From an uncultured Candidatus Saccharibacteria bacterium (GTDB taxonomy: Bacteria; Patescibacteriota; Minisyncoccia; Phycocordibacterales; PALSA-1337), in the NCBI GenBank assembly GCA_964543075.1, contig CAZIVT010000002.1:3089-67088 (forward strand): DNA of 64,000 bases. The letters are read 5' to 3'. Made by a program: the position numbers and the translations under genes. Shown piece after piece: positions 34,834 to 44,331 of this stretch. The notes beneath the pieces were generated by a model, which saw only the letters and a program-made list of their open reading frames with translations, did no database searches and was not told the origin of the DNA. Positions within the stretch are counted from its first letter, which is position 1. Every line of letters begins with the position of its first letter.

Positions 34834-35727
34834 ATGACAACAGGAAATCACAAAGAAGAGCTTGAGAAGAAGATAGCCGACCTCGAGACCGCTATGGGCG
34901 CCGCTGATTTTTGGGCGGACAAAGGGCGGGCGCAGGCCTCGATCAAGGAGCTCCAGCGACTCAAGGATGAGCTCGAGGGCGTGGGCAAATACGACCGTGG
35001 CGACGCCATCCTGAGCATCCTGTCGGGAGCGGGTGGAGACGACTCCGAGGATTTCTCATCGATCCTGTTCAAGATGTATCGCAAATATGCTGAGAGCAAG
35101 GGTTGGGGCTGGTCAGTCATCCACTCCAACGAGAATGACCACGGCGGTTATCGCAACATCACCGTGGAGATATCCGGAAAGGGTGTCTATGGCTCGCTCA
35201 AGAACGAGTCCGGCGTCCATCGCCTCGTGCGCATCTCGCCGTTCAACGCCAATCAAAAGCGCCACACGTCCTTCTCTATGGTCGAAGTCATTCCCCGATT
35301 CGAGAAAGCCTCGGCCGCCGATCTCGTCATACCCGATGCTGATATCGAGATATCCATCGCCAAATCCGGCGGTCCGGGCGGCCAGAACGTCAACAAGCGC
35401 GAGACCGCCGTGCGCCTCCTGCACAAGCCGACCAATATATCCATCCACGTGACCTCGGAGCGCTCGCAGGCGCAGAACAAGGAGAAGGCCATGGACATCC
35501 TCCGCGCCAAGCTCTGGAAGCGGATCGAGGATGAGCGCATGGCTCGGGAGAAGGGCATGCAGATATCCTCAACGACCTCTATCGAGTGGGGCAATCAGAT
35601 CCGTTCGTATGTGCTACATCCGTACAAGATGGTGAAGGATCATCGCACGGAGATGGAGACGAGTCAGGTAGACAAGGTGCTCGAGGGAGAGTTGGATGAG
35701 TTCATAGAGGCGGAGAAGGAGCTGTAG
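34834..35727 (+). CDS. prfB: Peptide chain release factor 2 (short form, no frameshift site)
   Basis: SPF tripeptide (RISPFNA), GGQ ([11 protein letters not shown]) and the RF2-like C-terminus. 297 aa in a single frame. Confidence 0.9.
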   Translation: MTTGNHKEELEKKIADLETAMGAADFWADKGRAQASIKELQRLKDELEGVGKYDRGDAILSILSGAGGDDSEDFSSILFKMYRKYAESKGWGWSVIHSNENDHGGYRNITVEISGKGVYGSLKNESGVHRLVRISPFNANQKRHTSFSMVEVIPRFEKASAADLVIPDADIEISIAKSGGPGGQNVNKRETAVRLLHKPTNISIHVTSERSQAQNKEKAMDILRAKLWKRIEDERMAREKGMQISSTTSIEWGNQIRSYVLHPYKMVKDHRTEMETSQVDKVLEGELDEFIEAEKEL

Positions 35728-35814
35728 AATTACCCTAATTTCTAATTGATCTAATTTCTAAACAATGACCAATTGTAGGTTACTCAGAAATTAGGCCAAT
35801 TAGGTCAATTCTTG
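35728..35814. repeat. Intergenic word-repeat hairpin element H6 (CTAATT-word family)
   Basis: CTAATTGATCTAATTTCTA pairs with CAGAAATTAGGCCAATTAG. The left arm GAATTACCCTAATTTCTAATT matches the reverse complement of the H5 right arm. Confidence 0.65.
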
Positions 35815-35827
35815 TATAATGACCTCC

Positions 35828-36508
35828 ATGATCTATTACGATAAAGTCACCAAGATATACCCTGATAAGTCGGTAGGCCTCGAAGAGGTCAGCTTCGCCA
35901 TCGAACCAAAGGAGTTCGTAACCATCGTAGGCCATTCCGGCGCGGGCAAGACCACGCTCATGAAGATGCTCATCGCCGAGGATCGGCCGACAGCAGGATC
36001 GGTGTTCTTCGAGTCATCTGACATTCACAGGCTCAACAAGCGTGATGTCAGCAAGCTGCGCAGGCGCATCGGCACGGTGTTCCAGGACTTCCGCCTCATC
36101 CCCGGCAAGACTGTCTATGAGAATATCGCCTTCGCTATGGAGGCGGCCGGCCGTTCTGACGCCGAGATTGCCTCGGATGTCCCGCACGTGCTCGAGCTCG
36201 TGGATGTCGGTCACAAGATCTGGAATTTCCCGCGCGAGCTCTCCGGCGGCGAGCGCCAGCGCGTAGCCATCGCTCGTGCCATCGTCACCCAGCCGGATAT
36301 CGTCATCGCTGATGAGCCGACAGGCAACCTCGATCCAGTCAATGCCTATGAGATCATCCGCATCCTGCAGAAGATCAACGAGCTCGGCACGACAGTCCTC
36401 CTCACAACGCACAACAAAGGCGTCGTCGATGAGGTCAAGGGCCGTGTCATCACCATGGAAAAAGGCAAGATCGCGCGAGATGATCGGGAGGGGAAATACG
36501 TCTTATAA
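35828..36508 (+). CDS. ftsE: Cell-division ABC transporter ATPase FtsE
   Basis: Start set at [11 protein letters not shown] (TATAAT-N7-ATG). Walker [10 protein letters not shown], signature LSGGERQR and Walker B IVIADEP. Confidence 0.9.
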   Translation: MIYYDKVTKIYPDKSVGLEEVSFAIEPKEFVTIVGHSGAGKTTLMKMLIAEDRPTAGSVFFESSDIHRLNKRDVSKLRRRIGTVFQDFRLIPGKTVYENIAFAMEAAGRSDAEIASDVPHVLELVDVGHKIWNFPRELSGGERQRVAIARAIVTQPDIVIADEPTGNLDPVNAYEIIRILQKINELGTTVLLTTHNKGVVDEVKGRVITMEKGKIARDDREGKYVL

Positions 36509-36510
36509 AT

Positions 36511-36598
36511 AACTCAAAACTCAAAGCTCAAAAGTCAAAAATAGACCAAATCGAAAAATCAGCGTTAGTTTTGCGTTTTGATTTTTGAGCTTTGAGTT
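36511..36598. repeat. Intergenic word-repeat hairpin element H7 (AAACTC/TCAAAA-word family)
   Basis: Left arm AACTCAAAGCTCAAAAGTCAAAA (36518..36540) pairs with right arm GTTTTGATTTTTGAGCTTTGAGTT (36575..36598). Confidence 0.7.
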
Positions 36599-36606
36599 GT
36601 CATTCT

Positions 36607-37563
36607 ATGATCTTCACCACCTTCAAGAGAATAGCCCGTACCGGATTCGTGAGCTTTTGGCGCAACGGCTTCCTGTCCTTTGCCGCGGTGGTAGTCATCA
36701 CGCTATCGCTCATGGCTATCGGCAGTCTGATCTTTGCGAGCGCGTTCGGCAAGACGCTGATCGCCGACGTCAAGGAGAAGGTGGACATCAACGTCTACTT
36801 CACGCTGGATGCCGAGGAAGATTCGATCACGGATCTCAAAGCCTCGATCGAGAAGCTGCCCGAGGTCGCGCGCGTCGAGTATGTCTCGCGGGATGAGGCG
36901 CTGGAACAGTTCAAGGAACGCTGGCAGGACAACGCGCTCATCATGCAGGGCCTGGATGAGATCGGTTCCAATCCATTCCCCGCCTCGCTCAACATCAAAG
37001 CCCACGATCCGGGTCAGTACGCGAGCATCGCCTCGTATCTGGAGGACAAGGGTCCGGTCTCCGGCGGGGGAGAGTCCATCATAGAGAAGGTCAACTATCA
37101 GCAGAACAAGCTAGTCATCGATCGTCTCGGCAGGATCATCCCGGTGGTGGAACAATCTGGCCTCGCGCTGGCACTGATCTTGGCGCTGGTAGCGATCATC
37201 GTGGTCTGGAATACGATCCGATTGATCGTCTTCACCATGAAGGAGGAGATCTCAGTCATGAAGCTGGTCGGCGCGAGCAACGTCTACGTGCGCGGACCTC
37301 TGGTCGTCTCAGGCATCATGTATGGAGTCGTCTCTGGCGTCCTGACGCTGGTGCTGATGGCGGCGTTCGCCTACTGGAGCGATGCGGTGGTTCTGCGCTT
37401 GGCTGGCGTCCAGGTGGCGGCTGATTTCGAGCTCGCGGTCAACGTCCTCTCGCGCTATTTCACGCAGAATTTCGGTCAGATCTTCATCCTGATCCTCGGA
37501 GCAGGCATCATCCTCGGTGGTGTTTCGAGCTATATCGCCGCGCGGAGGTATCTCAAGGTGTAG
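36607..37563 (+). CDS. ftsX: Cell-division permease-like protein FtsX
   Basis: Start moved to MIFTTFKRIARTGFVSFWRNG. Four TM segments with a large first extracytoplasmic loop, directly after ftsE. Confidence 0.85.
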   Translation: MIFTTFKRIARTGFVSFWRNGFLSFAAVVVITLSLMAIGSLIFASAFGKTLIADVKEKVDINVYFTLDAEEDSITDLKASIEKLPEVARVEYVSRDEALEQFKERWQDNALIMQGLDEIGSNPFPASLNIKAHDPGQYASIASYLEDKGPVSGGGESIIEKVNYQQNKLVIDRLGRIIPVVEQSGLALALILALVAIIVVWNTIRLIVFTMKEEISVMKLVGASNVYVRGPLVVSGIMYGVVSGVLTLVLMAAFAYWSDAVVLRLAGVQVAADFELAVNVLSRYFTQNFGQIFILILGAGIILGGVSSYIAARRYLKV

Positions 37564-37604
37564 GGATGTCGGTGTAGCCATGTAGGTCCCAATATATGTG
37601 GATA

Positions 37605-37632
37605 AAACCGTTCCGAAAAGGACGGTTTTTTT
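37605..37632 (+). terminator. Rho-independent terminator after ftsX
   Basis: AACCGTTCC-GAAAA-GGACGGTT followed by TTTTTT. Confidence 0.6.
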
Positions 37633-37657
37633 TGGTACAATTACCTGTGTCCGAATC

Positions 37658-40162
37658 ATGCCTGAATCACCTATCATACGCGCATCAAAACACATCGGCA
37701 TGGCGCTCATCATAGCGGCCCTGCTTTATGGCGGGTTGGAGATCGCGCGCGCCGCCGCGCGGAGCTCGCCCTTCTCGATCGGTCAGACGACGGATCCTGG
37801 CGCCGACGCCGAACCCTGCGGCCCGCTGGACGCCAACTGCTTCCCAGCGGTCTATGGCGTCTCCACCACGACGGCCAATACCTGGTCGGCTCTGCAGACC
37901 TTCGGCAACAATGCCTCTCTCGGAGGCGCCACCTTCAATGTCTCATCTCTCGGGACAGGTCAGCTCCTGCAGTACGACGGGACCAACTGGGTCAACACGG
38001 CGACGTCGTCCCTCGGCCTGCCGACGTTCAGCGACCTCTCGTCATATTCGAACTTCGGATACCTCTTTCCCTCCAACGCCACCTCCACCGCGCTCTCATT
38101 CACCGGTGGCCTGACCTCATATGCCTCCACCACCATCGGTGATGGAAGTACCACCGGAGGTCTCACCATCTCGGGTAATGCGACGACGACGGGGGCAGTA
38201 TCACTAGGTTCAACTTTGTCAATTGGAAATGGTTCTGGAGGGTCAGTTCCATCTTTTTCGCCAGGTTCGTTTTCTAGATTGACACTTGGTTCTTCTAAAT
38301 TGCAGGTCGGCGGAGACTATAATGTCCTTTCCCTTAGTTCGGCTATGAGGTTGGCTTGGGGCAGTGCTTCAACTGCTGACCCTACATACAATGATACGTA
38401 TCTTGTTCGTAACTCTGCTGGAGTTGTTGAGATTAATAATGGAACCACTGGGCAATACCGTGATTTACAGATTAGATCGCTTAATCCAACATCAGGCAAC
38501 GTCGGGATAGGGACGACAAATCCAGGAGTATTGCTTAGTATTTCAGGTGCGCATGTTTCAGGACAAGGAATGTTTAGGTTGGATGGCACTACACATGCCT
38601 ATGCAACTTACAATGCGGCAGGGACAAACGATTCGGGATTTTTCTTTAATAGGGGTGGCGCTACAAAATGGTACACAAATAATACAGGAACTACAGATGC
38701 ATTTAATATCGCAAGTCGTGATCCATCGGATAATATTCGATTCACCATACTTCAAAATGGCAACGTCGGCATCTCCACCACCTCACCCTTCGCCAAGCTC
38801 TCAGTCACCGGCTCGGGCACAGGCACCGGCACTGCATTCCAGGTAGCTGACTCGACGAATGCACCGAAGTTCACGGTGTTGGACAATGGGAATGTGGGCA
38901 TCGGAACGACGAGTCCATACACACAACTGGCACTCCAAGAAGGAGCAGGAACAGGTATTAATCTTTCGCCTTCCAACAGGTATATCTCGATTGAAAGTTC
39001 GACGAGTAATTCAGAAATTCGTTTCCTGAGAGACGGTGGGTTGAATGCTCGTGTGCAGTCGTCAGCAGGTACGTCATTAAATATGTCGACGCTCTGGGGG
39101 GGTAATGAGGTGTCAAAGATTGATCTGCAGCGTGGGAGTAACGCTGGCTACATCACCTTATCGACCGGAAGTTCGGGTGTGACAGAGCGTGTGCGCATTG
39201 ATAGCTTAGGTAACGTCGGCATCGGCACTACCACCCCCTGGCGCAAGCTCGCGGTCACGGGTACGGTTGGCTTCGATGGCTTGACGAACGACGGCACAGG
39301 CAACTACCTCTGTCTGACGGGCAATAACGAGGTTACATACAGCGCCACTGCCTGTACCGGCGTGTCGTCGCGTGAGTTCAAACATGCCATAGAGGACATC
39401 GTTGGCGGATTGGACACAGTGCTCGCTTTGAGGCCGGTGTCGTTCGTCTACAACGACGACGTATCACCCAACGATCAATCGACCCATCTCGGATTTGTGG
39501 CTGAAGAGGTGGATGAGATCGACCCGAATCTGGCCGCGTATGATAGTGCCGGCAAGGTGCGTTCGGTGAAGTATCTGGAGTTCATTCCGGTGATCATCAA
39601 AGCGTTGCAGGAATTGAGCGCGCGTATCGATCAGCTGGCGCAGGTGGGCATCGCGGGAATTAAACATATATTCGCCGAAAAGGTGACCACCGACGAACTG
39701 TGCGTCGGAGAGACCTGTGTCACGGAGGATGAGCTCAAAGCCCTGCTCCTGAACGCCGATATCGCTCCCGTCGATCATTCATCCGGCGGATCACAGCAAG
39801 AAGAGCAGAGCGAAGATCAGGAATCTCTCGATGAACAAGAAGATGTTCAGAATGAGGATACCGGATCCGACCAGGAAGTGGATGGAGAGGTCATAGATAC
39901 TGATACCACCGATGGAGAACCTGTTTCCGAACCAGTCGCGGAAGAGCCCGCGGATGAGCTTCAGGGAGATGATGAGAGTCAGGTGGATGACGAACCGGTC
40001 GAGAATGATCCTTTGGAAGATGAGACTACGGATGAGGGTATTCAAGCGGATGAAACGATAGACGAGGAACAGGATGCCGCAACGGATGAGGGCGACGGGG
40101 TGGATCAGGAGATATCGGATCAGCCCGTATCCGACCCCGCGCCGACCGAAGAGACTCTGTGA
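37658..40162 (+). CDS. Tail-fibre-like surface protein with an S74 intramolecular-chaperone domain and an acidic C-terminal tail
   Basis: Signal anchor MALIIAALLYGG. Repeated GNVGIGTT(N/S/T)P motifs. SSREFKHAIEDIVGGLDTVLALRPVSFVYN...HLGFVAEEV...VKYLEFIPVIIKALQEL matches the peptidase S74 autoprocessing domain. The last ~130 aa are D/E/Q-rich. Confidence 0.75.
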   Translation: MPESPIIRASKHIGMALIIAALLYGGLEIARAAARSSPFSIGQTTDPGADAEPCGPLDANCFPAVYGVSTTTANTWSALQTFGNNASLGGATFNVSSLGTGQLLQYDGTNWVNTATSSLGLPTFSDLSSYSNFGYLFPSNATSTALSFTGGLTSYASTTIGDGSTTGGLTISGNATTTGAVSLGSTLSIGNGSGGSVPSFSPGSFSRLTLGSSKLQVGGDYNVLSLSSAMRLAWGSASTADPTYNDTYLVRNSAGVVEINNGTTGQYRDLQIRSLNPTSGNVGIGTTNPGVLLSISGAHVSGQGMFRLDGTTHAYATYNAAGTNDSGFFFNRGGATKWYTNNTGTTDAFNIASRDPSDNIRFTILQNGNVGISTTSPFAKLSVTGSGTGTGTAFQVADSTNAPKFTVLDNGNVGIGTTSPYTQLALQEGAGTGINLSPSNRYISIESSTSNSEIRFLRDGGLNARVQSSAGTSLNMSTLWGGNEVSKIDLQRGSNAGYITLSTGSSGVTERVRIDSLGNVGIGTTTPWRKLAVTGTVGFDGLTNDGTGNYLCLTGNNEVTYSATACTGVSSREFKHAIEDIVGGLDTVLALRPVSFVYNDDVSPNDQSTHLGFVAEEVDEIDPNLAAYDSAGKVRSVKYLEFIPVIIKALQELSARIDQLAQVGIAGIKHIFAEKVTTDELCVGETCVTEDELKALLLNADIAPVDHSSGGSQQEEQSEDQESLDEQEDVQNEDTGSDQEVDGEVIDTDTTDGEPVSEPVAEEPADELQGDDESQVDDEPVENDPLEDETTDEGIQADETIDEEQDAATDEGDGVDQEISDQPVSDPAPTEETL

Positions 40163-40167
40163 ATATC

Positions 40168-41985
40168 ATGAAAGCGATACGCATACAGTTCGTCATGTAC
40201 GCGCTCGCCGCGCTCATCCTCGCCGGATTTGCCGGCGAGGCTTTGGCATCAGAGACGAGTGGTACGATCATCTCTGGTTCGTCATCGACCAGGATCTGCA
40301 AGGATGAGAGCTGTTCGTCATACAGCACCGTCAACTGGAAGCCGACACTCAACGCCAACACTACCGGCGCGACGGCTGTAGCTGTCACCGATAGCGGCGT
40401 TACCGGCTGGCTCTGGGGAGACGCCGTCGGCTGGGTCAACATGCAGCCCACCGGCGCGGGAGTGACCATCGATCCAAACACGGGAGCACTGTCTGGTCAC
40501 GCGTATGCCAATACCGGCTCATGGATTAATTTCAGCCCCACGACTGTCTCCGGCGGAACGCAGGTAGGAGTTACCATCACGTCAGCAGGGGAATTATCCG
40601 GTTGGGCGTATGTCTCCGGAGCCAACGGCGGCTGGATGAAGTTCGACTGCACAGCCGTGGCGACGTGTATCAAGACAGACTGGAGGCCCGTGAGTGCGCG
40701 GTCTTTCGGCGGATCAAGTGAACAGCCTTCTTCTGGCGGAGGCGGATCAGGATCCGTAGCTCGGACCACTACGACCTCGTGGTGGACGTGGCTCATTTCT
40801 CCTCTAGTCCCTCAGTCTCCGACTCTCGTCGTCGATCAGAACGCTCTCATAGCCGCTCCCATCGTACAGCCACAGAACCCCCTCGTGCGCACCATCGACG
40901 CCATCATTCCCGGGCTGATCCCGCAGACGCCTGTCCCGAGCCTGCCCGCACCCGTTATCTCAGCGGAGACACCGCTGTCATTGGCGGCCACATGGAACTT
41001 GGTCCCTGAGAAGCCCATCGCCGACTTCGTGATCGGTCCGCTCCCCGCGGAGATACGCATGCTGGCGATCAAATTCCCCGAGCTGGGAGAGACGTTCCGC
41101 GAGCTCGGCATCGCGCGGGTGAGCGATCTCGACAGGTTGAAGACGGCGCGCTTCGTCCTGCCGGGGCTCGATCAGGTCGAGGAGATACCGACGGACATCG
41201 TCTTCGCCAAGTCCGGCGATCTCATCAACTACAGCCCGTCACTGACTATCGCTGATGACGGTACGCCCGAGCAGCTCGTCAGTACCATCGTCGGCAAGCG
41301 GCTCGACCTGGTGATCAAGCCGGATCATCCGGTCGCGTCCATCGACGGGTATCTTCTGGTCAAGGACCTCGATCGCGTGCAGGCGCGCAAGGCGGTCCCG
41401 GAGACCTCGATACTGGCGTCGGCGCTGACCGCGGCTCTGGCCCTCATCAATCGGCCGACCGAGGCGCCGGCCGCACCGCCGGAAGAGAAGCTCGTGCTGG
41501 AGCGCTTCTCCTATAGCGACCCTGATGGGGATGGCATCTATACTGCCTCCATCCAGGCCCCGCTCGTGCATGGCGAGTACGAGGTCGTATCAGTCGTAGA
41601 ATACGAGGATGTCGCTCTGGGATCCAAGGAGTTCCGCTTGATAGCCGTCGTCGATCCGGAGGGGTATGTCTATCGTCGCAGTGGTGCGGACGAGGCGCGC
41701 ATCGGCGATGCGGTGGTCACGCTGTATCACAAGGATCCGGCCACGGGGACGTTCCTATCATGGGATGCCGGCAAATACCAACAGGTCAATCCGCAACGTA
41801 CCGACAAGAGCGGCACGTACTCGTTCCTCGTGCCGGAGGGGACATACCGGCTCGGCGTGACTGCGTCCGGATATGGCGAGTTCACCGGCCAGGAGTTCGA
41901 GGTGAGGCAGGGTAGGGGCGTCCATGAGAACATTGAGCTCAAGCCGGAGGGGTTCTTCAGGAGATTGTTCGGGATATTCAGGTAG
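40168..41985 (+). CDS. Secreted protein with GW-type repeats and a carboxypeptidase-regulatory-like C-terminal domain
   Basis: Signal peptide. Three repeats of the type GWLWGDAVGWVNMQP / GSWINFSP / GWAYVSGANGGWMKFD. C-terminus TDKSGTYSFLVPEGTYRLGVTASGY. Confidence 0.6.
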   Translation: MKAIRIQFVMYALAALILAGFAGEALASETSGTIISGSSSTRICKDESCSSYSTVNWKPTLNANTTGATAVAVTDSGVTGWLWGDAVGWVNMQPTGAGVTIDPNTGALSGHAYANTGSWINFSPTTVSGGTQVGVTITSAGELSGWAYVSGANGGWMKFDCTAVATCIKTDWRPVSARSFGGSSEQPSSGGGGSGSVARTTTTSWWTWLISPLVPQSPTLVVDQNALIAAPIVQPQNPLVRTIDAIIPGLIPQTPVPSLPAPVISAETPLSLAATWNLVPEKPIADFVIGPLPAEIRMLAIKFPELGETFRELGIARVSDLDRLKTARFVLPGLDQVEEIPTDIVFAKSGDLINYSPSLTIADDGTPEQLVSTIVGKRLDLVIKPDHPVASIDGYLLVKDLDRVQARKAVPETSILASALTAALALINRPTEAPAAPPEEKLVLERFSYSDPDGDGIYTASIQAPLVHGEYEVVSVVEYEDVALGSKEFRLIAVVDPEGYVYRRSGADEARIGDAVVTLYHKDPATGTFLSWDAGKYQQVNPQRTDKSGTYSFLVPEGTYRLGVTASGYGEFTGQEFEVRQGRGVHENIELKPEGFFRRLFGIFR

Positions 41986-42012
41986 TTTACAGTTTACAAT
42001 TAAAAATTTTTA

Positions 42013-42381
42013 GTGAAAGACGCAATCAGTATCATGAATAAAGCATCCACCATCGTCATAGTCGCGCTCATCCTCATCTCAGCATTCCTTGTCGTGCGCA
42101 TATCGAGCATCTCGGCTGAGCTCGCATCAGCCCGCGCCGAGATCGCCGAGCATACCACCGATAGGCAAGTGGTCGCCTTCCTCGGACTTTTCATAGATCG
42201 GGTTCTCCAGAGCGATGAGCCGGTGGATTTCGATACCAGACTCAAGCTGGAGAATGACGTCCGTGCCATGAATGATCCGAGCATCTTGGCCCAATGGAAC
42301 GCGTTCACCGCGAGCAAGAGCGAGGCCGAGGCCCAAGAAGCGGTCAAAGACCTGCTCGATATGTTGGTCGAGAGGATCTAG
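42013..42381 (+). CDS. Hypothetical membrane-anchored protein
   Basis: 122-aa ORF with one TM segment. Start uncertain (GTG 42013 or ATG 42034). Confidence 0.4.
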   Translation: MKDAISIMNKASTIVIVALILISAFLVVRISSISAELASARAEIAEHTTDRQVVAFLGLFIDRVLQSDEPVDFDTRLKLENDVRAMNDPSILAQWNAFTASKSEAEAQEAVKDLLDMLVERI

Positions 42382-42513
42382 GTATCTGTGGCGTGTCTCG
42401 AGCCATATCACGGAGGAAGTATCTCAAGATGCGAGTATGGCATGCACGCGGCACTATTTGGTATACTTAGAGGCGTCATACAGTACGCTACCCGGCTCGC
42501 TCGGGGGATATTT

Positions 42514-43332
42514 ATGTACATGAAGCACCATACATCTATCCTGCTCGTCTTCATCTGCGCGATTGCCATCATATCGTGGTCGCTTCATGCTACGCATATC
42601 GTCTATGGCGCCGATGAAGTCGTCGATTCTCTCGAGGAGAGAGATACAGGGACAGTCCTCGGTACGAGCACTCCTCCCGTGGAGACAGAGATCATCCAGC
42701 CAGCGACCGTAGTAGATCCCTCAGCGACCAGCACGGAGGCTATAGTAGAGACGGGAGAGACATCAGAGCCACAAGAAGTCCTCGTGGATGACGTTGATAC
42801 TGGTGTCACAGGAGAAGCTACAGATGGATCTGTTCCCGAAGAGTCAGTCGATGATGGGTCAGAAGAGGTCGCTGATGAGGCATCTGACGAAGAGATGGTA
42901 GAGGAAACAGACGAAGAAGCCTATCTAGATCATCCCGGTCTTCCAACTGTCATGACTGTGCTCCCTAAGCCGAGAATATTCACTAAGAGCTTTGTCCTCG
43001 ATCGGGCGGCAGAGCATACGTGCAAAGCCCGCACGTTCAGAGTCGATATTTCAGGAGATGATTTCTCCTGGGTAGATGTCGCTTTTGAGGGTGCAGAAGA
43101 CGCGCTCTATCGCGCCGAGATCGGAGGTCTGCCGCGGGGCATAGAGGTGAGGTTCGTATCGACCGGCGACTATGCTACCGAGGTCAGCGCAGGCTATCAA
43201 GTCATCGATCTAGATATACACAGCGACCCTGGATCACAAAAAGGCAATTTTGACATACCGATCATATTCACCGCCTTGCGAGAAGAGGGGCCATCGTCTG
43301 TGTCATGTCAGTTCAACCTCGTCAACCTATGA
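42514..43332 (+). CDS. Secreted acidic hypothetical protein
   Basis: Start moved to MYMKHHTSILLVFICAIAIISWSLHA (signal peptide). Acidic low-complexity linker followed by a C-terminal globular part. Confidence 0.5.
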   Translation: MYMKHHTSILLVFICAIAIISWSLHATHIVYGADEVVDSLEERDTGTVLGTSTPPVETEIIQPATVVDPSATSTEAIVETGETSEPQEVLVDDVDTGVTGEATDGSVPEESVDDGSEEVADEASDEEMVEETDEEAYLDHPGLPTVMTVLPKPRIFTKSFVLDRAAEHTCKARTFRVDISGDDFSWVDVAFEGAEDALYRAEIGGLPRGIEVRFVSTGDYATEVSAGYQVIDLDIHSDPGSQKGNFDIPIIFTALREEGPSSVSCQFNLVNL

Positions 43333-44318
43333 AGAATCCTGATGCCGCAGCTCCTCGGATCGTTTGGCTGGTCGTCGCGATCTGCTTTTTTGCGACGGCT
43401 AGCGTCGTCCTAGGTTCTCTGCTTTTCGTCAAGACGCGCCCGGACGCTCTGCGTAAGGCCAGCAATCCGTATCCGCTCATCGATTTCGCACGGAGCTTCA
43501 TAGGACAGGAGCACTATCTGACGACTATCCAGCCGCTCCGTGCGCGCATCAAGGAGATGGCCGATGAATTCGAATCCGGATCGGTCTCTGTATATATAGA
43601 GTATCTCAATACGGGCGCGAACATCTCCATCAACCCGGAGCTCTATATATGGCCGGCGAGCTTGACCAAGGTCCCGCTTGCCATGGCCGTCATGAAGAAG
43701 ATCGAGAGAGGGGAATGGAAGCTCAGTAACGAGCTCGTCCTCATGCGTGGTGATGGCGACGACAAGTCCGGGGATAGCGAGAACCCGCTTTCGGAATACC
43801 CGATCGGCACCAGGTTCACCATCGAGAAGCTGCTCGAAGAGCTCCTCATCAACTCTGACAACACTGCTTATTTCATATTCTTACGCAATCTTCACCAGGA
43901 TGATCTCAAGAATGTCATCCAGTCGCTGGGCATGGAGGCCCTATTCACCGAAGAGGGGAAGATCTCGGCCAAAGAATATTCCCGCGTCCTACGGGCGCTG
44001 TATACCGCGAGCTTCCTCTCCAGAGAGCATTCGCAATACATGCTCGAACTGCTCGACAGGGCGACGTTCGACAAATTCATCTCTGGGGCAGTACCTGCAG
44101 AAGTTCCATTTCCTCATAAATATGGCGAGAACAAGCCGCTCGCCGCGTATTCTGATTCGGGTATAGCGTATGTTCCCGATAGGCCGTATATCATATCCGT
44201 CATGGTCCAGGGAGATCCACAGGCTCCTCATGACGTCGAAGCTGAGCGCGTCGCCGCGTTCATGAAAATGCTCTCCAAGGAGGCGTATGACTATTTCAGG
44301 ACCGAGATAAACCGATGA
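43329..44318 (+). CDS. Class-A beta-lactamase-like serine hydrolase with membrane anchor
   Basis: ATGA start/stop overlap with the upstream gene. S-x-x-K (PASLTKV), SDN (INSDNTAY) and a K-x-G-like motif (HKYGEN). Confidence 0.6.
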   Translation: MKNPDAAAPRIVWLVVAICFFATASVVLGSLLFVKTRPDALRKASNPYPLIDFARSFIGQEHYLTTIQPLRARIKEMADEFESGSVSVYIEYLNTGANISINPELYIWPASLTKVPLAMAVMKKIERGEWKLSNELVLMRGDGDDKSGDSENPLSEYPIGTRFTIEKLLEELLINSDNTAYFIFLRNLHQDDLKNVIQSLGMEALFTEEGKISAKEYSRVLRALYTASFLSREHSQYMLELLDRATFDKFISGAVPAEVPFPHKYGENKPLAAYSDSGIAYVPDRPYIISVMVQGDPQAPHDVEAERVAAFMKMLSKEAYDYFRTEINR

Positions 44319-44331
44319 TCCAGAATGAGCC

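Noticed and set aside
34780-34900. A programmed +1 frameshift site in prfB
   Set aside because: No upstream short ORF and no CTT TGA motif precede the ORF. The ORF starts directly behind a -10-like box.
37658-41985. The tail-fibre-like gene as evidence of a prophage
   Set aside because: No capsid, terminase, portal, baseplate or lysis genes flank it. The neighbours are ftsEX and secreted cell-surface proteins.
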